Shown here: positions 11,038-22,214 of the stretch, piece by piece | How positions within the stretch are numbered: the first letter of the stretch is position 1 | Layout: every line of letters starts with the position of its first letter | From: Reclinomonas americana ATCC 50394 | Taxonomy: Eukaryota | DNA length: 47,519 nt | Assembly (NCBI GenBank): GCA_048213135.1 | Contig: PS015083.1 | Location: 89,116-136,634 of the forward strand | Reading direction: 5' to 3' | Program-made: the position numbers and the translations under genes | The notes under the pieces: model-generated | What the model saw: only the letters and a program-made list of their open reading frames with translations | The model's database searches: none | What the model was told of the DNA's origin: nothing

Positions 11038-13314
11038 ATGGAGGGTGACGAGGAGGAGCAGCAGCAGCAGCAACAAGAGCAGGAGCGATCACGAAAGCGC
11101 GCTGCTGAAGTCGACGATGATGATGAAGTTGTGATTGTGGGGAGTGATGATGANNNNNNNNNNNNNNNNNNNNGGCCAAGCGAGCGCGAGGCGCGGCTGC
11201 TGTGGCGGCGGCGGCGGCGGCGGGAGGCACTGTGCGGCGGTCTCCGAAGACGGGCTTGCCGATTGGTGAGTCGGAGGTGCTGCGAGGCATGCATCGTCTG
11301 CCGCGGGAGTCGACGGGTATCCTGTACGCGTTTGTGCGCAAGCTGCGTGCGGAGCAGCTGGAGAAGCAGCAGTGGGCCGAGGACGTGCCGGTGCCGTCGA
11401 CGGAGGACAAGCGGAAACTGGCCACCGATGTGGGAATGACTCTGGCGCAGGTGTCGAACTGGTATGCGCCAGGATTTGCAGCGATATGCGCGTGTGTGTG
11501 TTTGAGGCACATGACTGACTGACTGCAGGTTTATCAATCTTCGCTACCGCGTGCGTCGCAATCGAAACGTGCTGGTGAAACTGATTTATGACGGGTGCAA
11601 GCCGCCGGATGCCAAGGAGGGCGAGATGTTGCCGCCGCCACCGCCAGTGGACACGTTTCCGGTGAGTGGACCGGGCGCGGCGGTGCCGGTGCGCCCCGAG
11701 CACGCGGTGCGAGAGTTCGATCCGGCCATTCTGGGCTCGGTGGAGGACGGCGACAACCCGAAGACGGTGCTGGACCGGTGGTTCGACTGGCACTTTGACC
11801 ACCCGTACGCCAGTGCCGACGAGAAGGCGGATTTGGTGCGGCGCACAGGTTGGCCGCTCTACCGCGTCAGCGACTACCTCAATCGCAAGCGCAAGCGGCA
11901 CTGGCGACGCGAGTTCAAGTATATCGAAGGCGGCGGCGTGCCGGACGACGTCATGTCACCGAGCATGCAACTGCGGCTTCGTCGCGTGCAACCGTCGCCC
12001 GCCGACGGCGGCTGGGACTCTGACGAAGAAGACGACGACGGCGACTTTGACGACACCAACTCCATGTTCTCGAACCCAGACGACGCTCTGTATTTGCCGC
12101 CCGAGGCAATTGCTCGAGTGGAGGCAGTGGCAGCCGCTGCGGCTGTTGCCGCCGCCGCGGCCATCGGTGGGTCGCTGGCAAGGGAGCCTGTTAACGTTGG
12201 CGTGAGGGCGCATAACGGTGGTGGTGGTGGTGGTGGTGCGAACGACGACGAAGAAGACGATGACGCCATGCTGCTGCCACCGCCCGTGCCATCTCCAGCA
12301 CCCCCGCGACCGCAAGTACAGGCCGCTCGTGCACCAGTACGTGCGCCAGCGCCAGCGCCAGCACCGGCAAGAGCACGAGCGCCTGCACCTGCACCCGCCC
12401 CTGTGCCACCGCCTGTGGTGACACACCAGCAGCCCTTGCCAGCTCCGCGCCAGCCCGTGTCGGCTCAATTGCTTCCGCCTCCGCCAATGCTTCCACCCGC
12501 AGCGCCCGTGTCACAGGGCTTGCCAGTGGCTGTTGCGGTAGCAGCGTCGGGCGATCCCCAAGGTGCAGCAGTTCGTGCGCCCCTGATGCCGCCAAGGCCG
12601 TCGCCAGCACCAGCGCCACCGGCACAGGCCCCGCCACCACCACCACCGCAACCTCGTCCACCGATGCTAGGCGCGCCAGTACCACCACCAAGACCAGCAG
12701 TTGCCATGGCCCCGCTTCCGGAGCACTTGCGCGGTCGACCACTGGCCCCCGATCTCGCCACTCAAATGTACGGCAACTCGTCGCCAGCCGATGAGTACAA
12801 CTTCCTGCCGCCTCGCCCCTCCCAGCCGCAGCCTCCGCCGCCACCACCACCGCCGCCTGCGCCTGCTCTCTTCTCTGCCGGCTTGCAGCCGTCAGCGCAG
12901 GTTTTGGCGTTCCAGCGCGATCGCTATGCACCTCCATCGTTCGCTCCGCAGCCTGCTGTCAATAACTCGTTGGGAGCGACGATGATGTTGTCCTCCGCGC
13001 ATCAGCAGACGCGCCTGCTGCCGATGGATCCCAGCACCATGGCACGTTTTCCGGGCTCGATGTCGCAGTTTGGACTGCTGCAGCAGGCACCACCCGCGCG
13101 TTTGCAGCAAGCACCGCCGCCACCGCACTTGCAGCACATGGTGACGAACGCACACAATGAGGCGCAGTTCCTGCCGTCCCCCGCGGCTCCGACGCCACCA
13201 GAACACCTGCACAGATTCCTGCCTCCACCAGCACGAACCCCGGGCACACCGGCCACTCCAGGCGGCGACGACGCGCGGTTCTTGCCACCAGCGTACACGC
13301 CAACTGGTCAATGA
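11038..13314 (+). CDS. Homeobox protein with two TALE-like homeodomains and a long Pro-rich tail
   Basis: HD1: RLPRESTGILYAF..PVPSTEDKRKLATDVGMTLAQVSNW|FINLRYR (intron 11462-11528). HD2: VLDRWFDWHFDHPYASADEKADLVRRTGWPLYRVSDYLNRKRKRHWR. A small gap at 11153-11173 makes the N-terminus less certain. Confidence 0.85.
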
Positions 13315-13423
13315 AAAAAATATCTGTAGACCGCATTTCACAGAAAACGCATCTGGCGTTTGTTTTCTACACTGACGAGTCACTCTCTCTCTCTCTCTTT
13401 CTCATACACACACACACAGAGGT

Positions 13424-16400
13424 CTAAGCAGTTGTTGACACCAGTTCGCGCTCGGCGCCCAGAATCTTTGCAATCGCTTCCACACCGTGCGCCAGAGGGC
13501 TCGCCGAGAGCACATCCAGCGGGAGGGCGGGCTTGCAAGTGGGAAGGTAGTCCGCACTCTGCACGACGGCACACCATGCATTGGAGAGACGTGAGCTAAC
13601 AACAGTGACAACCCCGCCAGCAGCGCTCATACGCAACATCAGAAAACAGGCGGGTGCGCGACAGTGCGCTAATGGCGAAGATGAAGCGGAGCACAAACGT
13701 CCTCGTGTACTTGTCGCTGAGGAAGGTGAAGATGGCAGACTCTGCGCACGAGGAGTCTTGAGGGACAGTTGGCATGTACACGAGATCGACAGCATCGCCA
13801 CGCAACTCTCTTCCAGCAACCGCAGCAGCAGCGGGTACGTCTCGGAGAGGGACCGTTGCAGCGCACTCTCGCACTCCTCGTAAATGTCACTGGCGGCAAT
13901 CGATGAAACGCGCCATATCTCACACAGAGCCTTGACGGGTGAGGTCAAGAACAGCGTCAGCAGACCGCCCGATAGCCGTGACATGGGTCGAGTCTGCTTC
14001 TTCGAGAGTGAGAGAAGGAAGCAGTTGAGGAACAGGGGACCGGCAGGAAATCACCGGTGAGGGTGGTACGGCATCGAGTCCACCAGAGACGTAGAATCCG
14101 TGCTCTGCGAAATACAGCAACTGTCAGCACGACAAGAGAGAGACTTAACACACACAAAAATAGCGCACCTTCAAAGACGGCCGGCACTCGACGCGCGCAC
14201 TGCAGCACCACGGTGGGCGCAGCAAACTTGATGCTCCACTCAGCCTCCTACAGTCGCAACAAATGACCCCGCATATCTCAGCACACATATGGTTGGGGGG
14301 ATTCGGTAGGAGAACAAGAGCGACTGACCCCGTCTCCCCAGAACGCAGGCGACAGCTGACACTCCAACACGACAAACAGTGGTCGTCGAGTGTACGGAAG
14401 CAAATCTACAGCGTGAATCTTGCTCATCTCAATGCCGCGTGACACCGCAGTCTTCTCCAACGACGACGCGTCATCCTCTGCGGTGGCGACCAAGTCAGCA
14501 GTTGACACCAAACGCACGGGCATCATGTACTTCGCGACAAGACCTGACGGTACAGGTCGACTGCTTCCACTTCCGTGCCGACTGGAGCCAGAGGCGTCGC
14601 CACTGTCGCCGAAAATGTTGGGTCGGTCGAGAGCCAACTGTCGGATCGGCTCCTCCTCAAACATGGTGTTGGCCGAGTTGAGGGCGATGCGCGACTGTTC
14701 CTCTGTGTGTGCGTGGCAGCAGCGGTTGAGTTGCACGCGCGACGTTTTTAGGGAGGAAACAGCGGCGCACACCTGTCGGGTCAGCGGAGATGTACACCAA
14801 CATCGCCTGGTCCTCCTGCAGATCAGAAAAGGCGGTGGCGAGCGCCAGCTGCACCTCCCCAATGTGCGGCTTGTAGATGATTGTCTTGTGCGGATTGTTT
14901 CGTCCTCGCGATGCTTGACTGCTCGAGGTCGCCGACATGGTCGACTGATCCATGGAGCTGAGGCCACGCTGATGCGCACAAGGCGACGGTGAGAAATCCC
15001 CGCACGCACGCATACATGAGGTGGCACGGACATGCGTACCATGGATGCCTGCGACGGCTCCACGCTCGTGTCTCCCGCCGACTTGTCAGTCGACATTTCC
15101 AGCGCTTGCATGAAGCGGAACACGTCGATTGTCAACTCGCTGAATTTGACCTGCGACAGCGGTAAGCGACGAGAGAAAGAGAGAAAGAGAGAAAGAGATC
15201 TCGCACCTGCGTCTTCTTGGCACCAATCAGAACACACTCTGCCGTGCGTACCCTCGGCAGCGAGTGCTGGTCTGTGCGGTGGCACGTAAGCACATGCCAG
15301 TCAGAGTCGCGGGTGTGAATCGCGCGCACTCGCTCACCATCCTGGAAAAAGTAATCGAGTTCCACGTACTGCTGCGTGAGCCGATACGACCAACCCTCGG
15401 AGCGCGACCTGATGACAACTTGGCGCTCCGCCTGAGGAATTGTGTGTGCGTGTGTGTGATGAACAGAGTCAGCAGAGGGTGCGACACGCGCACACCACGA
15501 CGGGAAAAGCGTCGCCCAACCTCGAGGAAGCTGCGAATTTCGTTCAACACAATTGGCCACTCGCCGGCGTCGGGCAGCGGTGGCTGACCGGGCATACTCA
15601 CTCGCCGAGTGTACTCCTCCACTGCCACGCGCAACTCCTCGGCCAGTTCCGTCGCCAGCTCGCCCTTGTTCAGCAGCAGCGACACGACCAAGAACCGCGC
15701 CAGAAAACGGAGTGGTTTGTTGGCAATCGACACGCTGCGAGTGAGCGCGCGCATCGAGTGAGGCGGCAAGTGGAGAGGAGGAGGCGAACAAGGAAGACGG
15801 CACGCAACTCGTCGCCATGCAGTACGCCCTTGAAGTAGTCGCGAGTGCGCACGGCATCGTAGAACACGAATGCCTCCTCCAGGTAGTGTGTCATGCTCGT
15901 GCGCAAGCTGCACACATGGTGTCAACGCGAGAGAAGAAGTAGATGAGGCGACAAACACAAAAGACACGCAACTGATAGTGATAGTAGAGTTGCGCCTGTG
16001 CATCACACGCGTATGAGCACACACACGTACACACCATGCACTCATACTAACGGATACTCACCAATCGTGTGGCAATGTCACCAGTCTCCCATCGTTTCAA
16101 CGCACCCACCTCCTCCAGCACAGCTCGATGGTCGCGCTGGAACTTCCACAACTGCGCGCACGTGTGTGTGCACCAGTGTGTGTGAGTAAAACAACCAATT
16201 CGATGTCACACTTTGATGTGTGTGTGCGAGAGAGAGAGCGCGCGTGTGCCTGTGTGTGTGTGTGTGTGTGTGCATGCTCTCGTCTTCTCACCGCGCAGTA
16301 GGCATCAAAGGCCTTTTGAAAGTGTGCTCGCCAGTAGCGCTGACCGTGCGCGGGAACATCACGCAGCGCGGCAAAGTAACTCGCCGCTTTGCCTTTGAGG

Positions 16401-16426
16401 TCGCGGAAGTTCTTGGTGGCGTCCAT
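13424..16426 (-). CDS. SCAI: Protein SCAI homolog
   Basis: FAALRDVPAHGQRYWRAHFQKAFDAYCA|LWKFQRDHR..LKRWETGDIATRL|AQLYYHY|HLRTSMTHYLEEAFVFYDAVRTR; KPLRFLARFLVVSLLLN; QVKFSELTIDVFRFMQALE; NPHKTIIYKP; DLLPYTRRPLFVV; GGLLTLFLTSP. Confidence 0.93.
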
Positions 16427-16729
16427 TGACGTAGACAGGAGAGCAAACACAACAAGGACACACAGCGGCCGGGGGGAGGCAGTGTGCGCGTTCTGTGACA
16501 CAAAAAAGACAGACGTCGATCGGCTGACAGTTTCTTTACGGTCGCGACGTTCGTCGTGCGCTGTTTTCGTTTGTTGCAGTCGCAGCACAGCAGCAACTGG
16601 TGTACGGCCTTTTGCGTTGGGAAGCCAGCGGATGCAACTGGAGAAGTCTTGCACGGGTGAACGTAAGAGTGCAGCTGCGCAGGACTTTGTGATTGGTCAT
16701 CGTCATCGATATCGCGATCGTGTTGTGCG

Positions 16730-18109
16730 ATGGTTCTCTCTGTTTCCACGCTCTTCCCTCGCCACACACAGTCTCCACTCACGTGCTTATATCTCTCCTG
16801 CTCTCTTTCATTGCATCACAGGCCTCCTTCCTGGCGCTTCTTCCAGTGACATTTGTCGCCGTTCTGCTGCTGACAGCGGTGCTGACCGTCGCATTGCACG
16901 TGTCATCGCAACCGGCGCTGCTCGACGACGCCCACGACCCGTTCAGTCGGCGCAAGAAGCGACGGAATAACACACCTCTCTTTTGCAACGCCGGATCGTT
17001 GCGTCTTCTCTCTGGCACTCCTCTGCGTATCACATGCTCATTGCGCTGATAGATCCGGCCCGGCCTACAACGTCTTCTCGTTGCGTACACTCACCGATTC
17101 GTCGTCGTCATCACCATCAATCATCTCATGTCATGTGTCGACTCGAGAAGGTATGGATTGGTGACGTCGGGGTGTCTTCTCGCGCTGCTGGTTGTGTTTC
17201 AGCGACAGCGCACCGGCTCGCTTATCTTTGATCATCCACTGGCAGTGCACGTGCTCAATGAGGTGGCGTCTCTGTCGATCGCTGCTGCTGCTCCTGCTCC
17301 TTTGTTGACATCTCCGCTCCCTGTCAGTTCTGTTTGGTGTTCGGCTTGGTGGCGGCCTTTGGTGCGTCGCGCAGCATGGCATCGCTGTGCAGAGGCTCTC
17401 TCACACCCGGTGCTTTGCAGGCCTCGCTGCTATGGGCAACATTTCGTTTGCGGCGCTCGAGGGACTGCACAACTTGTCGGCGGCGGTGTTTCTGATCTCG
17501 CTCTGCGGCTACGAGCTCTTCTTCTCGGTGCTCACCAGCATTGTGGGACACTCGACAGCGGGTGTCATGGGCCTGCGTTTCGCGTCCATGGGAGTGCTCC
17601 TGGTGCTGGCGCTCGTAATGATCATTCTCGGTATTGTCGACGCCAAGTACCACGCGCAGCGACGACAGGAGGCCGCCGATGTGCGTCGCCTGATGTCTTG
17701 TTGTAGGGCACCATAGTCTCCTCGTCGCTCACATGCGTGTGTGTCGCAGGGGGAGGCGGGCAGCAGAAAGCGACGACCGCAAAAGTTCTCTCGGTTTCCA
17801 TTCGCAAAGTGCTTCGCGTACTCACTCACTCGTTTTCTCCCACGCAGCGCACCCGACGCGTCGGTTACTGGTGGCGCCACTGGGTCCGCCAGCACCGAGC
17901 AGGTCAGCGTGTCGGTCGGTGGTACAACCGCGCCAGGGCCACTGAGGTTAGACACGAAGCCATCAACGACCGAAATCATTCCCGTGCGACCGCTCCTCCG
18001 AGTCTGGGCCCTGGTGCAGTACTTTGGCTTTGCCATGGTGGCCGTCTTCTTCGGCTCCTTCTGGGACGACTTTGCCTCGGCCAACGTGGTGTGGGGCACG
18101 GTGGAGTGA
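16730..18109 (+). CDS. Frag1/DRAM/Sfk1-family multi-pass membrane protein
   Basis: About six hydrophobic segments; FCNAG..GPAYNVFS, AMGNISFAALEGLHNLSAAVFLISLCGYE, and a terminal WALVQYFGFAMVAVFFGSFWDDF fit the family pattern. The start codon is inferred. Confidence 0.7.
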
Positions 18110-18156
18110 AAAACACATACGTCGATGTCCCGCGTCGGATCACACACGACACACAC

Positions 18157-19612
18157 ATGTCGACGAGCAGCTCCTCCTCGTCATCCCCGTCACAGTCGCC
18201 GCCTCGTGCCGTCAGTGTCGCACACAGTGGCATTCCTCCACAACCACCACGTCGCACGCGTGGCAACAGCGGTCAAGGCCCACTCCTCACACTCTCCCTC
18301 GCCAATGCAGCCGCCGCCACCACAACAACAACAACCACCACCACCACCGCAGCATCCAACAGCATCGCAGTGCCACTAGCAGGCGTGGGTGCGGCGAGCA
18401 GTGGAGGCGGCAGTGCCAATGCCTCTCCACAGCGCACCTTTGACAGTGCAGTCGGCCATCCGCATCAGTCGCAGCTCTCGGCGGGCAGTGGCGAGTGGGG
18501 TGGGAGCAGTGGGTCAGCGGCGGTGTCTGCAGCGGCCGCGGTGGCGACTGCTGCTGCCACTGGAGGCTCTCCGTCGGGACAGTCGTTGTCACCGCTCGCG
18601 GCAGCGGCGGTGGCCGCGGGTGCGCTGGGCCCGGTGCCGGTGCGACGGTTTACGGTGGTGCCAGGGTGAGTGAGTGGGCACGAATGGACTCCCAAAGTCG
18701 GTGAGTGAGTGAGTGTGATTGAGCAAGAGTGTGTCACTTGGCAGGGGTGATCGTGAGGCGCGCAAGTACCGGAGTCCGCGCAAGTTGACGTGTCGTCTGA
18801 GCGAGTTTACGGCGTTGCGCGAGTTTCATGTGTCAAGTCGGTGCTTGGCGGTCACATTGAGCATGAAGGTTGGCAATCTCCCCTTCTTCGCTCTCTTTTA
18901 CCATCCTGGTTGCCCATTGTGCGGTGCAGGGTCCTCGCAAGACGCGGTGTAGCATTCGTGCGAATGTGGTTCTGGTGCCCGATCGCGTCAAGCCCTCGAT
19001 GCAAGGTCTCCCTCTCTCTCGTCTCCGTTCCTTTGCCGCTGCCGCCGCGTCTGACTTGGTGCGATCGTAGTTCCCCTGGACATGGTGTTTGTGATGCAGT
19101 ACATGCACAGATTCAAGCGCTCGGACGACTCGCTGCACATTAGCATCGAGAAGCGACGATCCAAGACGCGGACGTGGAAGACCATTGCGCATGCGAGCTT
19201 GTCGCTGAACCAGCTGGTGCAACGCGGCCTGAACGACTCTCGCATTCTTCTCGACTCGCCCAAGAAGGGGCAGCCGCCGGTCGGCAAGCTGTCGATCAGC
19301 GTATCGTCAATGCCCACCGACTTTGTCATGCCTGCCAGCGACGGAACCACGGCCGCCACCTCGTCGCTATTCACGGGCACCAGTCTGCAGGGCATAGCGG
19401 GGGTCGATGGCGGGGCCGGCAGCGGTGCTGTGGCCGCACAGGCCGTGGAGGAGACGCATCCGGAAGAGGGCGGCGGCGGCGAGTCGACGTCGGATGAGTT
19501 GCGCAGCGCGACGTGATATTCCACGCGTGCCCACATGAGATAACAGTGTTCGCGTTGTATGCACAGGTCGTTGTTCAGTGGCGAGGAGTCGAGTGACGAG
19601 GGGCCGTGGTGA
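18157..19612 (+). CDS. PACS-1/2 N-terminal (cargo/furin-binding region)-like protein, short form
   Basis: PRKLTCRLSEFTALREF..LAVTLSMK|GPRKTRCSIR..LDMVFVMQYMHRFKRSDDSLHISIEKRR..WKTIAHASLSLNQLVQ..ISVSSMPTD parallels PACS IAVKMQGSKR..FSLQYPHFLKR..YKTLA..SSQPID. Confidence 0.75.
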
Positions 19613-19841
19613 CAGCGGGGGGAAAGAAAGAAGAACAATTCTGTCGAGCGATAAAAGAAAAGACTTGTACCTTTACGAGAACGGGCTCTGCTCTGTCGGT
19701 AGTTGTTGTTGATTGCCAAGATCAACCTCCGTAAGTGGCAGGCCAGGCGAGTTGTGGCGTGTGACGAGTTTCTCCGCCTCGTGTCCTCTTGTCCGCAAGC
19801 TCAACGAATTCAAACCCAACAAGGGCCTTCATCGGAGCAGC

Positions 19842-22183
19842 ATGTCGTCGCTCGACAGCAAGCGGCAGGTAACTCACCACACGCACTCACACACTCACAC
19901 AGTCTCACATTCATCTCCGAGTGTGTGTTCTGTTTGCCATCCATTTTCATCCTCTAATCATCATCTCACGTTGTTTGTTTGCTTGCGCGCGTGTGCTGTT
20001 TTCTTTGTGTAGGCTTATGAGAGCCTTGTGACGGAGAAAGGCGAGTCTCATCCGACCACGCTCAAGGCCATGCATGACTATGCCATGGCGCTGCTGGACA
20101 CTGGTAAGTGTCAGTTGCGAGAGGATATGTGTGCGTGTGTGTCTCTCTCTCTTCTCTGTGTGTCTCTTTCCCCTACGCACACGCGCACTTGAAAGAGTCC
20201 ATATGTGTGTGTGTGTGTGTGCACACGCGCGTCTTGCACTCTTTCGCATGTGTGTCAGTTGGCCTCCTGACTCGGCAACTGGCAGCGTCGTCGTCGGCCT
20301 CGCGGCAAGGCATCACCTTGTTGACACAATGTGCGGATCTTNNNNNNNNNNNNNNNNNNNNNNNNNNNNNNNNNNNNNNNNNNNNNNNNNNNNNNNNNNN
20401 NNNNNNNNNNNNNNNNNNNNNNNNNNNNNNNNNNNNNNNNNNNNNNNNNNCAGAGCGGAGGAGGGAAAATGTGCAACTGACCATTTTCAATCAGCGACCA
20501 CGCCAACGAGTGCTGCGTCACCAACGTGTCGCGATGCGAGCGACCGAGCGACTTTCGCCGAAGCGCGTGGCACTCGCGCAGAATCTTGACCGACTCGCTG
20601 TAGCGACCAATCTGATTCAATCCACGACCGAGGACCTGCGCGGGAAAAGAAGGTGGAGGTGAGTTGCGGCCACACATATAACAACTGTGGCAGTGCGCAG
20701 CACGACGCAACGTGCATGGTCAGCAGCGTGCCCTTGTGATCGTTGCCGAGGGTTTTCCGCTTGAGACGGAGGCACTCATCCAGAATGCTCACGGCCTCCT
20801 CCTTGTCGGTCGGTGAATCACCAGGGTCGTAGTCGAGCAGAATGCGACCAAGAACGTGCTGCGAGGCCAGCGTGTTGGCGTTCTCCGCGCCCTGCACCTC
20901 GCGCTTGATCACGTAGCATTCGCGAATCAACTCAATTGCCTTTTCCGTGTCGCCCGTAAAGTCCCTGCAGTTGTCGTTTACAAGAGGTTGTTAGACCGTG
21001 TACGCACACACACACACACACAAAAGGGTTGGTTGGCAGGGACAGCAGCAGCAGCGATGGACGCAACATGGCCAAGGCAAGTTCGTGCATGGTGAACAGT
21101 GTGTCGCGATGTCGAGGTCCGTGAATCTGTGGGGCCACGTGAGAGGAGAGACGAGAGCAAGAGAGAAGGGAGAGAAGCTCACCGCACGCTCGCCCTCGTA
21201 GCACTCTTGCAGAATGCTGCGCGACTGGCCCCACTTGGACAGCTTGTTGAGACTCCAGCCGAGCTGGTGAAGTGAGTGAATGGTGTCCTCGTGGCGCTTG
21301 CCCAGCACCTCACGACGNNNNNNNNNNNNNNNNNNNNNNNNNNNNNNNNNNNNNNNNNNNNNNNNNNNNNNNNNNNNNNNNNNNNNNNNNNNNNNNNNNN
21401 NNNNNNNNNNNNNNNNNNNNNNNNNNNNNNNNNNNNNNNNNNNNNNNNNNNNNNNNNNNNNNNNNNNNNNNNNNNNNNNNNNNNNNNNNNNNNNNNNNNN
21501 NNNNNNNNNNNNNNNNNNNNNNNNNNNNNNNNNNNNNNNNNNNNNNNNNNNNNNNNNNNNNNNNNNNNNNNNNNNNNNNNNNNNNNNNNNNNNNNNNNNN
21601 NNNNNNNNNNNNNNNNNNNNNNNNNNNNNNNNNNNNNNNNNNNNNNNNNNNNNNNNNNNNNNNNNNNNNNNNNNNNNNNNNNNNNNNNNNNNNNNNNNNN
21701 NNNNNNNNNNNNNNNNNNNNNNNNNNNNNNNNNNNNNNNNNNNNNNNNNNNNNNNNNNNNNNNNNNNNNNNNNNNNNNNNNNNNNTTGTGTTCATATGAC
21801 ATTGACGGTGTATGCACGTGCGCGGCAGGCGAGCATCTGGAAGGTGTTCCGCTCCTGCAGGAGGTCATTGAGTTGGAGAGGGAACGTATCGGACCGACAC
21901 ACATTGGTGCGCGCGCGCGCGCGTTTTTAGTCAACCCCATCTCCGTCTTATGCACCTGACCGTCATCCTCAGATACGCTGATTTCGGAAAATGTGCTCGG
22001 GCGTGCGTACATTGCGTACGATCCGCGACGCGCAGTTGAAATACTGCGCTCGTGTTTCTCGTCGATTTCGGCACTGGGCAACAACAAATCGTCGGCACTG
22101 GTGGTCATGGGCGACCTCGGATGGGCGCTCTACCGATCGGGCGACGCCATCGAAGCGGTGGAGCTGCTGCAGTCGTGAGTCCA

Positions 22184-22214
<31 letters not shown>

